IMG/VR virus record: IMGVR_UViG_3300042482_000702
Span: 62,001-126,000 of that record
Reading direction: 5' to 3' (one strand)
DNA length: 64,000 bases
A model generated the notes under the pieces. The model did not search any database. It worked only from the letters and a program-made list of their open reading frames with translations, and was not told the DNA's origin. Positions 28,311 to 36,882 of the stretch are shown in pieces; position 1 is the first letter of the stretch, and each line of letters begins with the position of its first letter. The position numbers were made by a program, and so were the translations under genes.

Positions 28311-28329
28311 AGAGTTAGTCTATGGAGAA
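28296..28329 (-). terminator. Hairpin/terminator overlapping a start codon
   Basis: TTCTCCATAGA-5 nt-TCTATGGAGAA, then a T run on the minus strand. Confidence 0.6.
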
Positions 28330-28357
28330 ATTATAATTCATTTTATTTTTTTGTAAA

Positions 28358-29674
28358 TTATTGAGTCTTACCTTTGTAAGTAATCAGTGATTTCATTCTA
28401 TCAAACTCTTCTGATATTTGTTTTGATTGTTTAGGTTCTAACGACTCTAATTTAGCCATCAATTTAGACCCTTCATCTTCACCAGCATTGTCATTAACAG
28501 TTGGTTGTGGAGCCTTATTGTAAGCTTTCTTTTTAATTTGCCCTAATATATTCTTCTTTCTGATGGTATTACGTTTTTTATTAACATCAGATTCTCCAGT
28601 GTTAGCCCATTCCGGATTATTACCTGTTCTTGAAGAACCCTCGATATTGTCTGTAATCCATTCTTCATTTGGATTTATTTCATCATACACTAAATTTTCT
28701 TGACCCGCAGCTGTTAAATTATCTGTGTATTCTTCAACAGCTCCTGATGGGATATAAGCCTTTTTACTCATTTTAGATAACTCACCATTTCCTTTTGGGA
28801 ATATTTTAGGTTCTGTCGAGTACTCACCTTTAGAACCATCCTTTAAATATTCTGTCATTTTTTTAGTAACAGATTTAAGATAATCATCATTTTCTTTACC
28901 TGATTTTTTATGAACTTGAATTTGTTTATCCAAACCTTTAGGTGTTCCCATTGATTTAATATTTTTTTCTTTACTTTGTTCCATAATAACTTTTTCAATT
29001 AACTCAATCATTTGATTTTCTGTTAATTTAACAGACTCTTTCTGTTCACCACTTTTTTTCTTAAATTCTTTAGTTTCTTTTGGAATTGATTTTTCGTCAG
29101 ATTCTCCCATCTCTAATTTTTTGTTTCTTCTTAACATTTTAAAATCTTCAGTATCTAATCTATTGTTTTTATTTTTATCTAAAACTCTTTGATTCCCTTT
29201 TAAAGATTCTCCCATTTCCGATTTTTTACTTTTTCTCAACATTTTAAAATCTTCAGTATCTAACCTATTGTTTTTATTTTTATCTAAAACTTTTTGATTT
29301 CCTTTTAAAGATTCGTTAACCTCTGTTCCACAAAATTTCTCAATTCTATCTTTAGGGGCGTTGTTTTCTTTATGCCATTTACAAGCTTCTTCATCATAAT
29401 CATAATTACCGTCAGATTCACCATCACCTTCTTCTTCTTCAATATAGTCAAAAGATTGGCTTTTTGGAAATTTCTTTGAGACATCGGAAATTCCTTCACC
29501 GCACTCTGAACATTCTCCTTCATACATCATTCCACCACACTCACAAATATTAGATTCTTTCTCATCCATACTAGTTTTTATTTTAGAGACTAAATTATCA
29601 GCTCTTTCTTCTAAAGTTTCATTTAAAATTTTAGACACTAAATTTTCTAAATAAGTCGTATTTAATTTTTTCAT
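28358..29674 (-). CDS. Putative prohead core/internal head protein
   Basis: ILNE, IMEQ motifs; CECGG...CSECG; duplicated LKGNQ.VLDKNKNNRLDTEDFKMLR; highly charged. Confidence 0.6.
   Translation of the reverse strand: MKKLNTTYLENLVSKILNETLEERADNLVSKIKTSMDEKESNICECGGMMYEGECSECGEGISDVSKKFPKSQSFDYIEEEEGDGESDGNYDYDEEACKWHKENNAPKDRIEKFCGTEVNESLKGNQKVLDKNKNNRLDTEDFKMLRKSKKSEMGESLKGNQRVLDKNKNNRLDTEDFKMLRRNKKLEMGESDEKSIPKETKEFKKKSGEQKESVKLTENQMIELIEKVIMEQSKEKNIKSMGTPKGLDKQIQVHKKSGKENDDYLKSVTKKMTEYLKDGSKGEYSTEPKIFPKGNGELSKMSKKAYIPSGAVEEYTDNLTAAGQENLVYDEINPNEEWITDNIEGSSRTGNNPEWANTGESDVNKKRNTIRKKNILGQIKKKAYNKAPQPTVNDNAGEDEGSKLMAKLESLEPKQSKQISEEFDRMKSLITYKGKTQ
29133..29314 (-). repeat. 77-bp direct repeat x2 (105-bp period) encoding a DxNxN EF-hand-like motif
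   Basis: 29133-29209 and 29238-29314 nearly identical. Confidence 0.85.
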
Positions 29675-29697
29675 TTTTTGTTTTTATTATAAATATA

Positions 29698-30477
29698 TTA
29701 TTTTTTATTTAAAAGCATTTTTTCGTACTCATAAGAGATAATTGTTTTAATAACATTTTCACTTATATTATGTTTTTCACTAATATTTTGAATCGCTTTC
29801 TTAACCATATCATTCTCATACAGTTTTAAAGCTTTAATATCGCCTTGATTACAATATGGGAATTTTTTACATTTTTTCTTAACTTGGACAAATTTTCCAC
29901 CAGGAATTTGAGTTTTAGAAGCACCTCTCCAATCTTTTTTACTTGGCGATTTAGCCCAAGCCGCGGGAGTTTCATATGAACCAGATGAACCTGTAGATTC
30001 AGTTGCCTCAACTTTTTTAATCTCACCATCTTCATCTTCTTTTATACAATTAGGAACCATTCTATCACCTTTCTTTTTTACACCTTTTTGTTGATATCCC
30101 GCCCAACATTTTTCTTGCATTTCTTGTTTGGTTGTTGAAAATAATTGTCCTTCAAATCCACCAGCTAAAGATGCTCCCATAGATTCAGTTGCCTCTTCTT
30201 TCTCACCCATAATAGGTAAGGATGACGATAATTTACCAACAGGTTTTTTTAATTTAGTATCTCCAACTAATTTAGTTGCAATTCCTTTATTAATCGGTCT
30301 CTTAATCATGTCTAATTTTTTATTTTTTTTATTTGACTCACCTAAATCTTTTGTAATATCTTGAGCGGCAATTATTGTATCAACAGCATAACCATCTCTA
30401 TAAGGAGCTGTTTGTGTTATCTCCCCGTTAATTTTACTTTTCAAATCATCCGACATTTCATCTTCTTCTATTTTCAT
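29698..30477 (-). CDS. Putative internal head protein
   Basis: EKCWAGYQQKGVKKKGDRMVPNCIKE, EATES repeats, KKKCKKFPYCNQG. Confidence 0.6.
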   Translation of the reverse strand: MKIEEDEMSDDLKSKINGEITQTAPYRDGYAVDTIIAAQDITKDLGESNKKNKKLDMIKRPINKGIATKLVGDTKLKKPVGKLSSSLPIMGEKEEATESMGASLAGGFEGQLFSTTKQEMQEKCWAGYQQKGVKKKGDRMVPNCIKEDEDGEIKKVEATESTGSSGSYETPAAWAKSPSKKDWRGASKTQIPGGKFVQVKKKCKKFPYCNQGDIKALKLYENDMVKKAIQNISEKHNISENVIKTIISYEYEKMLLNKK

Positions 30478-30480
30478 TTC

Positions 30481-30726
30481 CTAAGCATTTTTAAGTCTTG
30501 ACTCCCAAAAACTTCGTTGATTCCACATAACACTATATAATTCTCTAAATGACCTAATTACTATATCTTTAACCTCACCCTCAAGTTTACCTCGTTTTAT
30601 TTCACGACCGAGTATTTCAATAAGTTTTTGTTCATATTGTTTAATTGTCGTAGTACCAAAGAAATCTTTAATTTCTTTTCGCATCATAACTTCAATTTCT
30701 TTTTTTTCCGCTGCTGTAAATGCCAT
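30481..30726 (-). CDS. Hypothetical protein
   Basis: 81-aa ORF. Confidence 0.7.
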   Translation of the reverse strand: MAFTAAEKKEIEVMMRKEIKDFFGTTTIKQYEQKLIEILGREIKRGKLEGEVKDIVIRSFRELYSVMWNQRSFWESRLKNA

Positions 30727-30727
30727 T

Positions 30728-31132
30728 TTATTTAAGTATTAATAAGTATGTTGAGGTTATTATTCCAGCAAATGTTCCCACCTTCCATAAAAAAGATTTA
30801 AATTTTTGACCGGTAAGTTCTTTATGTAATTTATTAGATAATTCTTCAGATATTTTTAGTTGTTCGTCTTTTTTACCCAACATAAAATTATTATTATTAT
30901 CTTTTTCCTCTAATAATGAAATTTGAACGTTTTTTTGTTTTTCTCTTTCTTCGGTTTTAATTAATTTGTCCTGAGTTAATTTTAATTCACTCTCACACCC
31001 ATCACCTTTAATAATATCTTTAATAACTAATTTAGCTATCGGTGTTTTAATTTTTACCGTTGTCGTATCTATTTGTGAAAAACTGCTCAAGCTCGTTAGC
31101 AGTAAGAGTGTCAACACTATTAACTTTTTCAT
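30728..31132 (-). CDS. Secreted coiled-coil protein with C-terminal hydrophobic anchor (spanin-partner-like)
   Basis: Signal peptide MKKLIVLTLLLLTSLSSFS/Q; coiled coil; C-term WKVGTFAGIITSTYLLILK. Confidence 0.65.
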   Translation of the reverse strand: MKKLIVLTLLLLTSLSSFSQIDTTTVKIKTPIAKLVIKDIIKGDGCESELKLTQDKLIKTEEREKQKNVQISLLEEKDNNNNFMLGKKDEQLKISEELSNKLHKELTGQKFKSFLWKVGTFAGIITSTYLLILK

Positions 31133-31406
31133 TGGTTTGTTTTTTAATTATTGTTATATTATTATCTATGTGATTAATATCTTTTGTTAAATTAATAACA
31201 TTACCTTTCACAGAATCAATCTTAATATCAATTCCTTCGTTAACCAATTTAGTTGAATCAATTTTAGTTTGAAGGGATTCTATTTTATTTTTATACGATT
31301 TAACATCAGTTTTAATCCCATTTGTTGTGAAAATATTATACCCACATAAAACAATAAGAATCACTAATAAAATATTCTGCTTATTATCACCGACAATATC
31401 TTTCAT
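31047..31406 (-). CDS. N-anchored coiled-coil protein (i-spanin-like)
   Basis: TM ILLVILIVLCGYNIF followed by heptads; overlaps the next gene by 86 bp in another frame. Confidence 0.6.
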   Translation of the reverse strand: MKDIVGDNKQNILLVILIVLCGYNIFTTNGIKTDVKSYKNKIESLQTKIDSTKLVNEGIDIKIDSVKGNVINLTKDINHIDNNITIIKKQTNEKVNSVDTLTANELEQFFTNRYDNGKN

Positions 31407-31411
31407 GATTA

Positions 31412-32011
31412 CTATGTTTTAATTGTTTTTTTTCTTGATGCTAAAATTTTAGCCCATTTTGATTTAAATTTTTCATAAAAAGTTTTTAACTTATTAATCA
31501 TTTCTAAAAATTCGTCATCAGCCTTTATCATTTCACCATTAATATAAATACCGCTTTCTTCACCAATTGATAAGAAAAAATCAACATCATAATCAATTAA
31601 TTTACCCGACCATTCAACATTATTTGGATAAATATTTAATTTATTAAAATCCACTAAATCTGATACTTCAGCAATAAACTCATCCATTGTTTCTTGGAAA
31701 GCAACTTTTTCATCTGTTGTTAATTCTAAATCTGTTTGTTCTTTACCGTGTAAAACCAAAATTCCACCAGAAATTCTATATCCTTGTGTTTTATCGTCTT
31801 TACTTTCATTATCATCTTCAATCGTATCTTCAACAGATTTAGTCACGTCGAATTTTTTAGTGATGTCACCTGAAGAAACATCAGACTCTTGTTCTGTGAT
31901 AATATTATATTGTTGTCTAATACTATCAATGTCTTCATTAACTAAACTATTTGATAACATTTTTCTAGACGCGTTAAGTAAATTTCTTATTTCATCATGC
32001 GAGTTGTTCAT
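31412..32011 (-). CDS. Hypothetical acidic protein with LVNE/ITEQ leader
   Basis: 199-aa ORF ending TAG TAA. Confidence 0.7.
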   Translation of the reverse strand: MNNSHDEIRNLLNASRKMLSNSLVNEDIDSIRQQYNIITEQESDVSSGDITKKFDVTKSVEDTIEDDNESKDDKTQGYRISGGILVLHGKEQTDLELTTDEKVAFQETMDEFIAEVSDLVDFNKLNIYPNNVEWSGKLIDYDVDFFLSIGEESGIYINGEMIKADDEFLEMINKLKTFYEKFKSKWAKILASRKKTIKT

Positions 32012-32600
32012 ATTCTATTTTTTTTAAAAATTCTTCGAAATTAAATGCGGGACTAACATCGGTAAAATTAGTGTTAAAATTACTTTTAGTTACTACCCCA
32101 CAATATTTTTCAATACCGGTTATTTTTGTATTATGTTCGACTATTTGACGTTTAATTGACATATCTTTAAATAATTCATTACATAGTTTTGATGTACTAT
32201 CAATCTGTACTGAAGTATAAGGTTGCCAAAAATAATAGTCCCTCCATTTTTTTTCAAACACATTACCCTTATAAATATCACCAATCCAGTTAACGTAATG
32301 ATTAGTTAAAGGTTCTTTGTGTAACCACCCTAAATTTTCTAAAGAAATGATTATAGAATTTCTATTTATATTGGGATTTGAAAAATAGTCGGTATGTCCT
32401 TCATTACCTAATAACTGAAGTATTCTACCTTCTCTAGTTATAATATAATTAGGGATTCTGTTATATTTACCGTTATTTCTATATTTTAATAATTGTAAAT
32501 AATCATTAATGTTTCTAGATGTATGTGTTAGAATTATTTGATATTTCTTTTTTTGTTTTCCTTTTGGTTTAAAATCACCATAATTAATAATGTCCACCAT
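31995..32600 (-). CDS. Amidase_2-fold protein (N-acetylmuramoyl-L-alanine amidase-like), active site degenerate
   Basis: IILTHT, PNYIITREGRILQL, NRNSIIISLEN, TDVSPAF. Confidence 0.7.
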   Translation of the reverse strand: MVDIINYGDFKPKGKQKKKYQIILTHTSRNINDYLQLLKYRNNGKYNRIPNYIITREGRILQLLGNEGHTDYFSNPNINRNSIIISLENLGWLHKEPLTNHYVNWIGDIYKGNVFEKKWRDYYFWQPYTSVQIDSTSKLCNELFKDMSIKRQIVEHNTKITGIEKYCGVVTKSNFNTNFTDVSPAFNFEEFLKKIEYEQLA

Positions 32601-32627
32601 ATAATATAATGTAAAAAATTTATTTGG

Positions 32628-33689
32628 TTACGATGTTTTTACATAACTTAATCTAACAATATTGTCAACAACTTCTTCCATTGGTTCATCTATTGGTTCT
32701 TCAACGACTTCTTCTATTGGTTCATCTATTAGTTCCTCCAATGGTTCTTCAACGACTTCTTCTATTGGCTCCTCGATTGGTTCTTCAACGACTTCTTCTA
32801 TTGGTTCATCTATTAGTTCCTCCAATGGTTCTTCAACGACTTCTTCTATTGGCTCCTCGATTGGTTCTTCAACGACTTCATCTATTGGTTCATCTATTGG
32901 TTCTTCAACGACTTCTTCTATTGGTTCATCTATTAGTTCCTCCAATGGTTCTTCAACGACTTCTTCTATTGGCTCCTCGATTGGTTCTTCAACGACTTCT
33001 TCTATTGGTTCATCTATTAGTTCCTCCAATGGTTCTTCAACGACTTCTTCTATTGGCTCCTCTATTAGTTCCTCCAATGGTTCTTCGATTGGCTCCTCAA
33101 ACACATCTGATTGTACAATATTTTCCGTATAACCCAATTCAGTTACAGTAAATTCATCGATTATAATATCTGAAGATTTTTCAATAACAGTAACAGGTAT
33201 CACAACTTGATTATTTTCATCAATTAATTCATCATATTTTACAAAAAAATGTAAAGATGTTAATGATATAATTGGTAATAAACCACCACTTAAAAATGCT
33301 AACCACCTTTTCAACGATACTACATCAGTAAGGTCTGAACCAAACATTTCCCATATTGGACCTGTCAATTCAACCCACGACTTAAATAAGACACTATTAG
33401 CATCAATCTCTTTATAGGAAAAGAATATATTACCAATCATCTGTATGAAAGTTACCATTCCAAACATAAACCAGACACCTCCTTTAATTTTATTTGTTGC
33501 CGCCAATAAAGCTGTCATAGCACCTATTTCAATCGCAATTGATAAATATATTGCCCAACTAATTGGATTTGTTAAATTATACCACGAAACAACGTGTGAT
33601 ATTGATATTCCAGCAACCAAAAAAATTGGTACTAAAAACATAGCCCTGATTGGATGAGTCTTAACCCATTCTAAAATTATTTTATTCAT
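32628..33689 (-). CDS. Four-helix membrane protein with long acidic EEPIEEVV repeat tail
   Basis: Four hydrophobic segments, then about 140 aa of E/P/I/V repeats. Confidence 0.75.
   Translation of the reverse strand: MNKIILEWVKTHPIRAMFLVPIFLVAGISISHVVSWYNLTNPISWAIYLSIAIEIGAMTALLAATNKIKGGVWFMFGMVTFIQMIGNIFFSYKEIDANSVLFKSWVELTGPIWEMFGSDLTDVVSLKRWLAFLSGGLLPIISLTSLHFFVKYDELIDENNQVVIPVTVIEKSSDIIIDEFTVTELGYTENIVQSDVFEEPIEEPLEELIEEPIEEVVEEPLEELIDEPIEEVVEEPIEEPIEEVVEEPLEELIDEPIEEVVEEPIDEPIDEVVEEPIEEPIEEVVEEPLEELIDEPIEEVVEEPIEEPIEEVVEEPLEELIDEPIEEVVEEPIDEPMEEVVDNIVRLSYVKTS
32670..33100 (-). repeat. 12-bp-based coding tandem repeat (EEPI/EEVV/EEPL/EELI/DEPI)
   Basis: Recurring ttggttcttcaacgacttcttcta / ttagttcctccaatgg units. 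Confidence 0.9.
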
Positions 33690-33955
33690 TTCTCTATTTT
33701 AGAAATTTCTTTATCAATTTCCGATTGTCTATTAACATCCATAATTTTTCTATCCGTAGATTGAATCATTCTTTTTTCAGTTTTTAAACCTTCAACTTTA
33801 ATTTCTTTTTTTAAGTTAACCTCTAATGATTCAACATTTTTAGTTAATTTTTCAATTTTAGTGTTAGTACCACAAGTTTTAAAAAACACAATTACAACCA
33901 GTAATGTCATTATTCTAATACCCCAAGCGTCGATAAAATTTAATATTGTTTTCAT
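33686..33955 (-). CDS. Small membrane-anchored coiled-coil protein
   Basis: TM WGIRIMTLLVVIVFF..C, then heptads. Confidence 0.7.
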   Translation of the reverse strand: MKTILNFIDAWGIRIMTLLVVIVFFKTCGTNTKIEKLTKNVESLEVNLKKEIKVEGLKTEKRMIQSTDRKIMDVNRQSEIDKEISKIEK

Positions 33956-33984
33956 AATTTTTAAATTAGTTTTACTATAAAAGT

Positions 33985-34017
33985 AAAAAACCTTCTATCA
34001 TAATAAATAGAAGGTTT
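33985..34017 (-). terminator. Intrinsic terminator after the sigma gene
   Basis: AAACCTTCTAT-8 nt-ATAGAAGGTTT, 11-bp stem. Confidence 0.75.
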
Positions 34018-34025
34018 CACATTTT

Positions 34026-34826
34026 TTACATATAATCGAAAAGTATCGAACTTTCATTCCTTAATTTTCTTAAGGCTTTTTCCTTAATCTGCCTCACTCT
34101 TTCTTTAGTGAGATTAAAATCACCACCAATGTCTTCTAAAGTTCTTGGAGTGCCCGTTAACCCAAAATAATCTCCAACAATGGTTTTCTCTCGATTATCC
34201 AAAACATCCAATAAAGAAATTAATTGTTGTTTTAATTCATCTTTGGTATTAAAGATTGCGTCCGGCATATCAGCCTGTTCATTCTTTATAATATCAACTA
34301 AAGTATCTCCGTCCTCGTTAATATTCATATCTAAATCAACGATTGATGGTAAATTTTGGAACTTATCCGAGAGTTTACCTCCCGTCGATTCAATTTCTTT
34401 TTTAGCTCTTTGTAAATCCTGAACCACATTAACCGGAAGTCTAATAGTCCTAGCATTATCGTTTAATGATTGGAGAATGGATTGTTTAACCCACCACACA
34501 GCATAGGATATAAATCTTAAATCTCTAGACCAATCAAAATGACTAATCGCCTTCATAAGTCCTAAATTACCTTCAGCAATTAAATCGGGAAAATCTAACC
34601 CTTGATTTTGATATTGTTTAGCCACAGTAATCACAAAACGTAAATTCCCCTCAAGTAATTCTTTATTAATTGACTCTAATTCTTTTTCCGTTAGATTTCC
34701 CGAACTAATCAATTTTGATAACTCTCTTTCCCTGTCCGGAGTCATCACTTTAATTTTACGAATGTCCTTTAAATACAATTGTATTTCTTCTTGATTAATA
34801 GGAATCCCCGAATTTTTCTCTTTCAT
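34026..34826 (-). CDS. rpoD: RNA polymerase sigma-70 factor, RpoD/SigA type without region 1.1
   Basis: NLRFVITVAKQY, DLIAEGNLGLMKA, RFISYAVWWVKQSI, RTIRLP, TLEDIG..FNLTKERVRQIKEKALRKLR; start moved to MKEKNSG. Confidence 0.95.
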   Translation of the reverse strand: MKEKNSGIPINQEEIQLYLKDIRKIKVMTPDRERELSKLISSGNLTEKELESINKELLEGNLRFVITVAKQYQNQGLDFPDLIAEGNLGLMKAISHFDWSRDLRFISYAVWWVKQSILQSLNDNARTIRLPVNVVQDLQRAKKEIESTGGKLSDKFQNLPSIVDLDMNINEDGDTLVDIIKNEQADMPDAIFNTKDELKQQLISLLDVLDNREKTIVGDYFGLTGTPRTLEDIGGDFNLTKERVRQIKEKALRKLRNESSILFDYM

Positions 34827-34827
34827 A

Positions 34828-35394
34828 TTATTTTGAATATTGGTTAAGTAATTGTAATTCTTCTTTTGATAATGACTCGATTCCACCATCCGCTAATTTA
34901 TCAAATAATTCGTCAAATGTTGGTGTTCTTTTTTTATTTTTAAGTTGACTAATATCGTCATCATCATCTTCATCAACAAATTCAGATAAATCTAAAAAGA
35001 ATTCATTTCGAATATTATTCATTAACATAGTTCGTACCTCATAGTCATTTTCATCACAAATTTTGTTTTTACCTGACATATAGTCATTAATACCATCGTT
35101 AAATAGATGTTTAGCAACTTCATCCGGTAATCCGTATGACAAATTGTCATTTGTATATGGTACTAAAAAATAACTTATTGTGTCATAGTCTAATATCATA
35201 TCCACATAGTCTTTAACATCCTGATAGGAATCTAAAGTTGAGATTGTGTACACGGTTGATTCAGGACCAAAGTAAAAATTGACCTTGGGGATGTCCGAAA
35301 TAACACTTAATTCTTCCGCAATTTGTTCTGCGAATTCTTGGGGGTTGTCATTTTTTGTAAGTACAAATAAAATGTATTTGGTTAAGTTCTCCAT
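34828..35394 (-). CDS. Protein with DUF6576-like C-terminal helix bundle
   Basis: FDELFDKLADGGIESLSKEELQLL resembles the IDxILDKISxxGxxSLTxEE tail of Bacteroidota proteins. Confidence 0.6.
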   Translation of the reverse strand: MENLTKYILFVLTKNDNPQEFAEQIAEELSVISDIPKVNFYFGPESTVYTISTLDSYQDVKDYVDMILDYDTISYFLVPYTNDNLSYGLPDEVAKHLFNDGINDYMSGKNKICDENDYEVRTMLMNNIRNEFFLDLSEFVDEDDDDDISQLKNKKRTPTFDELFDKLADGGIESLSKEELQLLNQYSK

Positions 35395-35425
35395 ATGTTA
35401 TACGTTTAAATTATAAATTATGTTA

Positions 35426-35433
35426 CAAAGATA
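35426..35433 (-). promoter_or_regulatory. Bacteroidota -7 box TATCTTTG
   Basis: Intergenic, upstream of the DUF6576-sigma pair. Confidence 0.65.
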
Positions 35434-35487
35434 GTAAAATTATTTTAATATCCGCCAAATTTGTAACTATCTTTATTTATTAACAAA

Positions 35488-36072
35488 TTATCCTACACTA
35501 TTTTTGAAAAGTTTTGGGTCATACCAATAACACCCTATACAACTACCATTATAATCACTCGCCCCATCAATATACGATGTATTATATCCTAAAGTTTTTG
35601 CGTCAAATCTCTCCCCAGTTAACTTACAAGATTTACAATCACTTCTTTTTAATAAATTAGCTTGTCGACAAAGTGGTTGGAAATCCTCCATTTTTTGTGA
35701 TTTTAAAACTAAAACATTTAAATCATCATATCTTCCATTTTTATGGTCACACTCAATACTATTTTGAGCTGTTCCTGAAAAACCTGTGTGTACACATTTT
35801 TTCATAACAATACTTTTTACAATATCGGTTCTAATACTTCTATTATGATATCCGTTATCAACACCATTTAATTTAATTGTCCAAGAATCACCTCTTCCTA
35901 AAGTACTATATAAAAATTTACCCTTAAGACTTCTCATCCAATTACAACCATTGGTGAAAAATAAATCACTAAACTCACCGATAAATTCTGTTTTACTAAC
36001 AATTCTACTCTCACCATTTTCATTTGGTTTTGCAAGTTCAATAAATAAATCTGATAAACATTTTTTTTTCAT
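35488..36072 (-). CDS. NlaIII/IceA1-like HNH restriction endonuclease
   Basis: IECDHKNGRYDD...FQPLC..AN..KR..CKSCK.TG.RFDA...Y.GSCIGCYWYDP tracks H. pylori IceA1 as I recall it. Confidence 0.8.
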   Translation of the reverse strand: MKKKCLSDLFIELAKPNENGESRIVSKTEFIGEFSDLFFTNGCNWMRSLKGKFLYSTLGRGDSWTIKLNGVDNGYHNRSIRTDIVKSIVMKKCVHTGFSGTAQNSIECDHKNGRYDDLNVLVLKSQKMEDFQPLCRQANLLKRSDCKSCKLTGERFDAKTLGYNTSYIDGASDYNGSCIGCYWYDPKLFKNSVG

Positions 36073-36076
36073 TAAA

Positions 36077-36832
36077 TTAAATATTTTGTATTCTATTATT
36101 ACTATATTCTACTTGTGATTTACTAATCTCACTACCTATAAAATTTCTATTAATTATCTTACAAGCAATTCCGGTTGTCCCTGTACCCATAAATGGGTCA
36201 TATACAATATCTAATTCTTTTGTATAAATGTTTAATAATTTTGTACAAAATTCTGTAGAATAAGTCGCTTTATTAACATTAGTACTTTCATCATTATTTT
36301 TTGCTGTAATAAAATTATCAATAATTTCATAATAATTTTGACCTTTTGGTGAAGTTTTTACAACTTTTTTATTACAGTTAAATGTTTTTATTTCTTTTTT
36401 TCTAACAATCACAAATACAAATTCCACAATTCTATTTAACCTATTATAAGAAGCCGGATGAGGAATACTATTACTTTTTTTCCAAATTATAGTATCAGCA
36501 ATTGTAAACTCTGTTTTAGATATAATACCAGATACCATTGTATAGGGTAATCCAGGATTTTCAATAGAGTAAGAAAAATTGTAAAGTATCACCCCATCTT
36601 TAATTAAAACTTTATCAAATTCGTTAAATATATTAATTGTCCATTGATTATACTCTTCTTCTGATTTCCAATCTTGATATTCATCATACCTTGGTTGTTT
36701 ATCCGCATACCCCCCCTTACGTTTAGTCATATTATATGGTGGGGATGTTAGAACACAATGTATTGATTTTGGTTCCATTTTTTTGATTGTCTTAAGACAA
36801 TCTTCATTATAAAAAGTGTTAAGTTGTATCAT
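36077..36832 (-). CDS. Beta-class N4-cytosine/N6-adenine DNA methyltransferase
   Basis: LTSPPYN before VYDPFMGTGTT; start moved to MIQLNTFYNEDC. Confidence 0.92.
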   Translation of the reverse strand: MIQLNTFYNEDCLKTIKKMEPKSIHCVLTSPPYNMTKRKGGYADKQPRYDEYQDWKSEEEYNQWTINIFNEFDKVLIKDGVILYNFSYSIENPGLPYTMVSGIISKTEFTIADTIIWKKSNSIPHPASYNRLNRIVEFVFVIVRKKEIKTFNCNKKVVKTSPKGQNYYEIIDNFITAKNNDESTNVNKATYSTEFCTKLLNIYTKELDIVYDPFMGTGTTGIACKIINRNFIGSEISKSQVEYSNNRIQNI

Positions 36833-36882
36833 ATTATTAAATATAATCATTAACATCCTTTAAGTCAAAAAAAAATTCCTCA

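Noticed and set aside
29698-30726. Genome-wide TAG reassignment suggested by the in-frame TAG-GAA-ATG junction at 30483-30475
   Set aside because: Long genes are intact under code 11, TAG at 31412 is followed directly by TAA, and other TAG stops have only short tails; an in-frame junction has a 1-in-3 chance.
32662-33151. Two 156-aa plus-strand ORFs
   Set aside because: Antisense shadows of the acidic repeat.
36866-36876. Phase-variable A tract upstream of the methyltransferase
   Set aside because: A9 runs are expected at this AT content and no promoter boxes could be placed around it.
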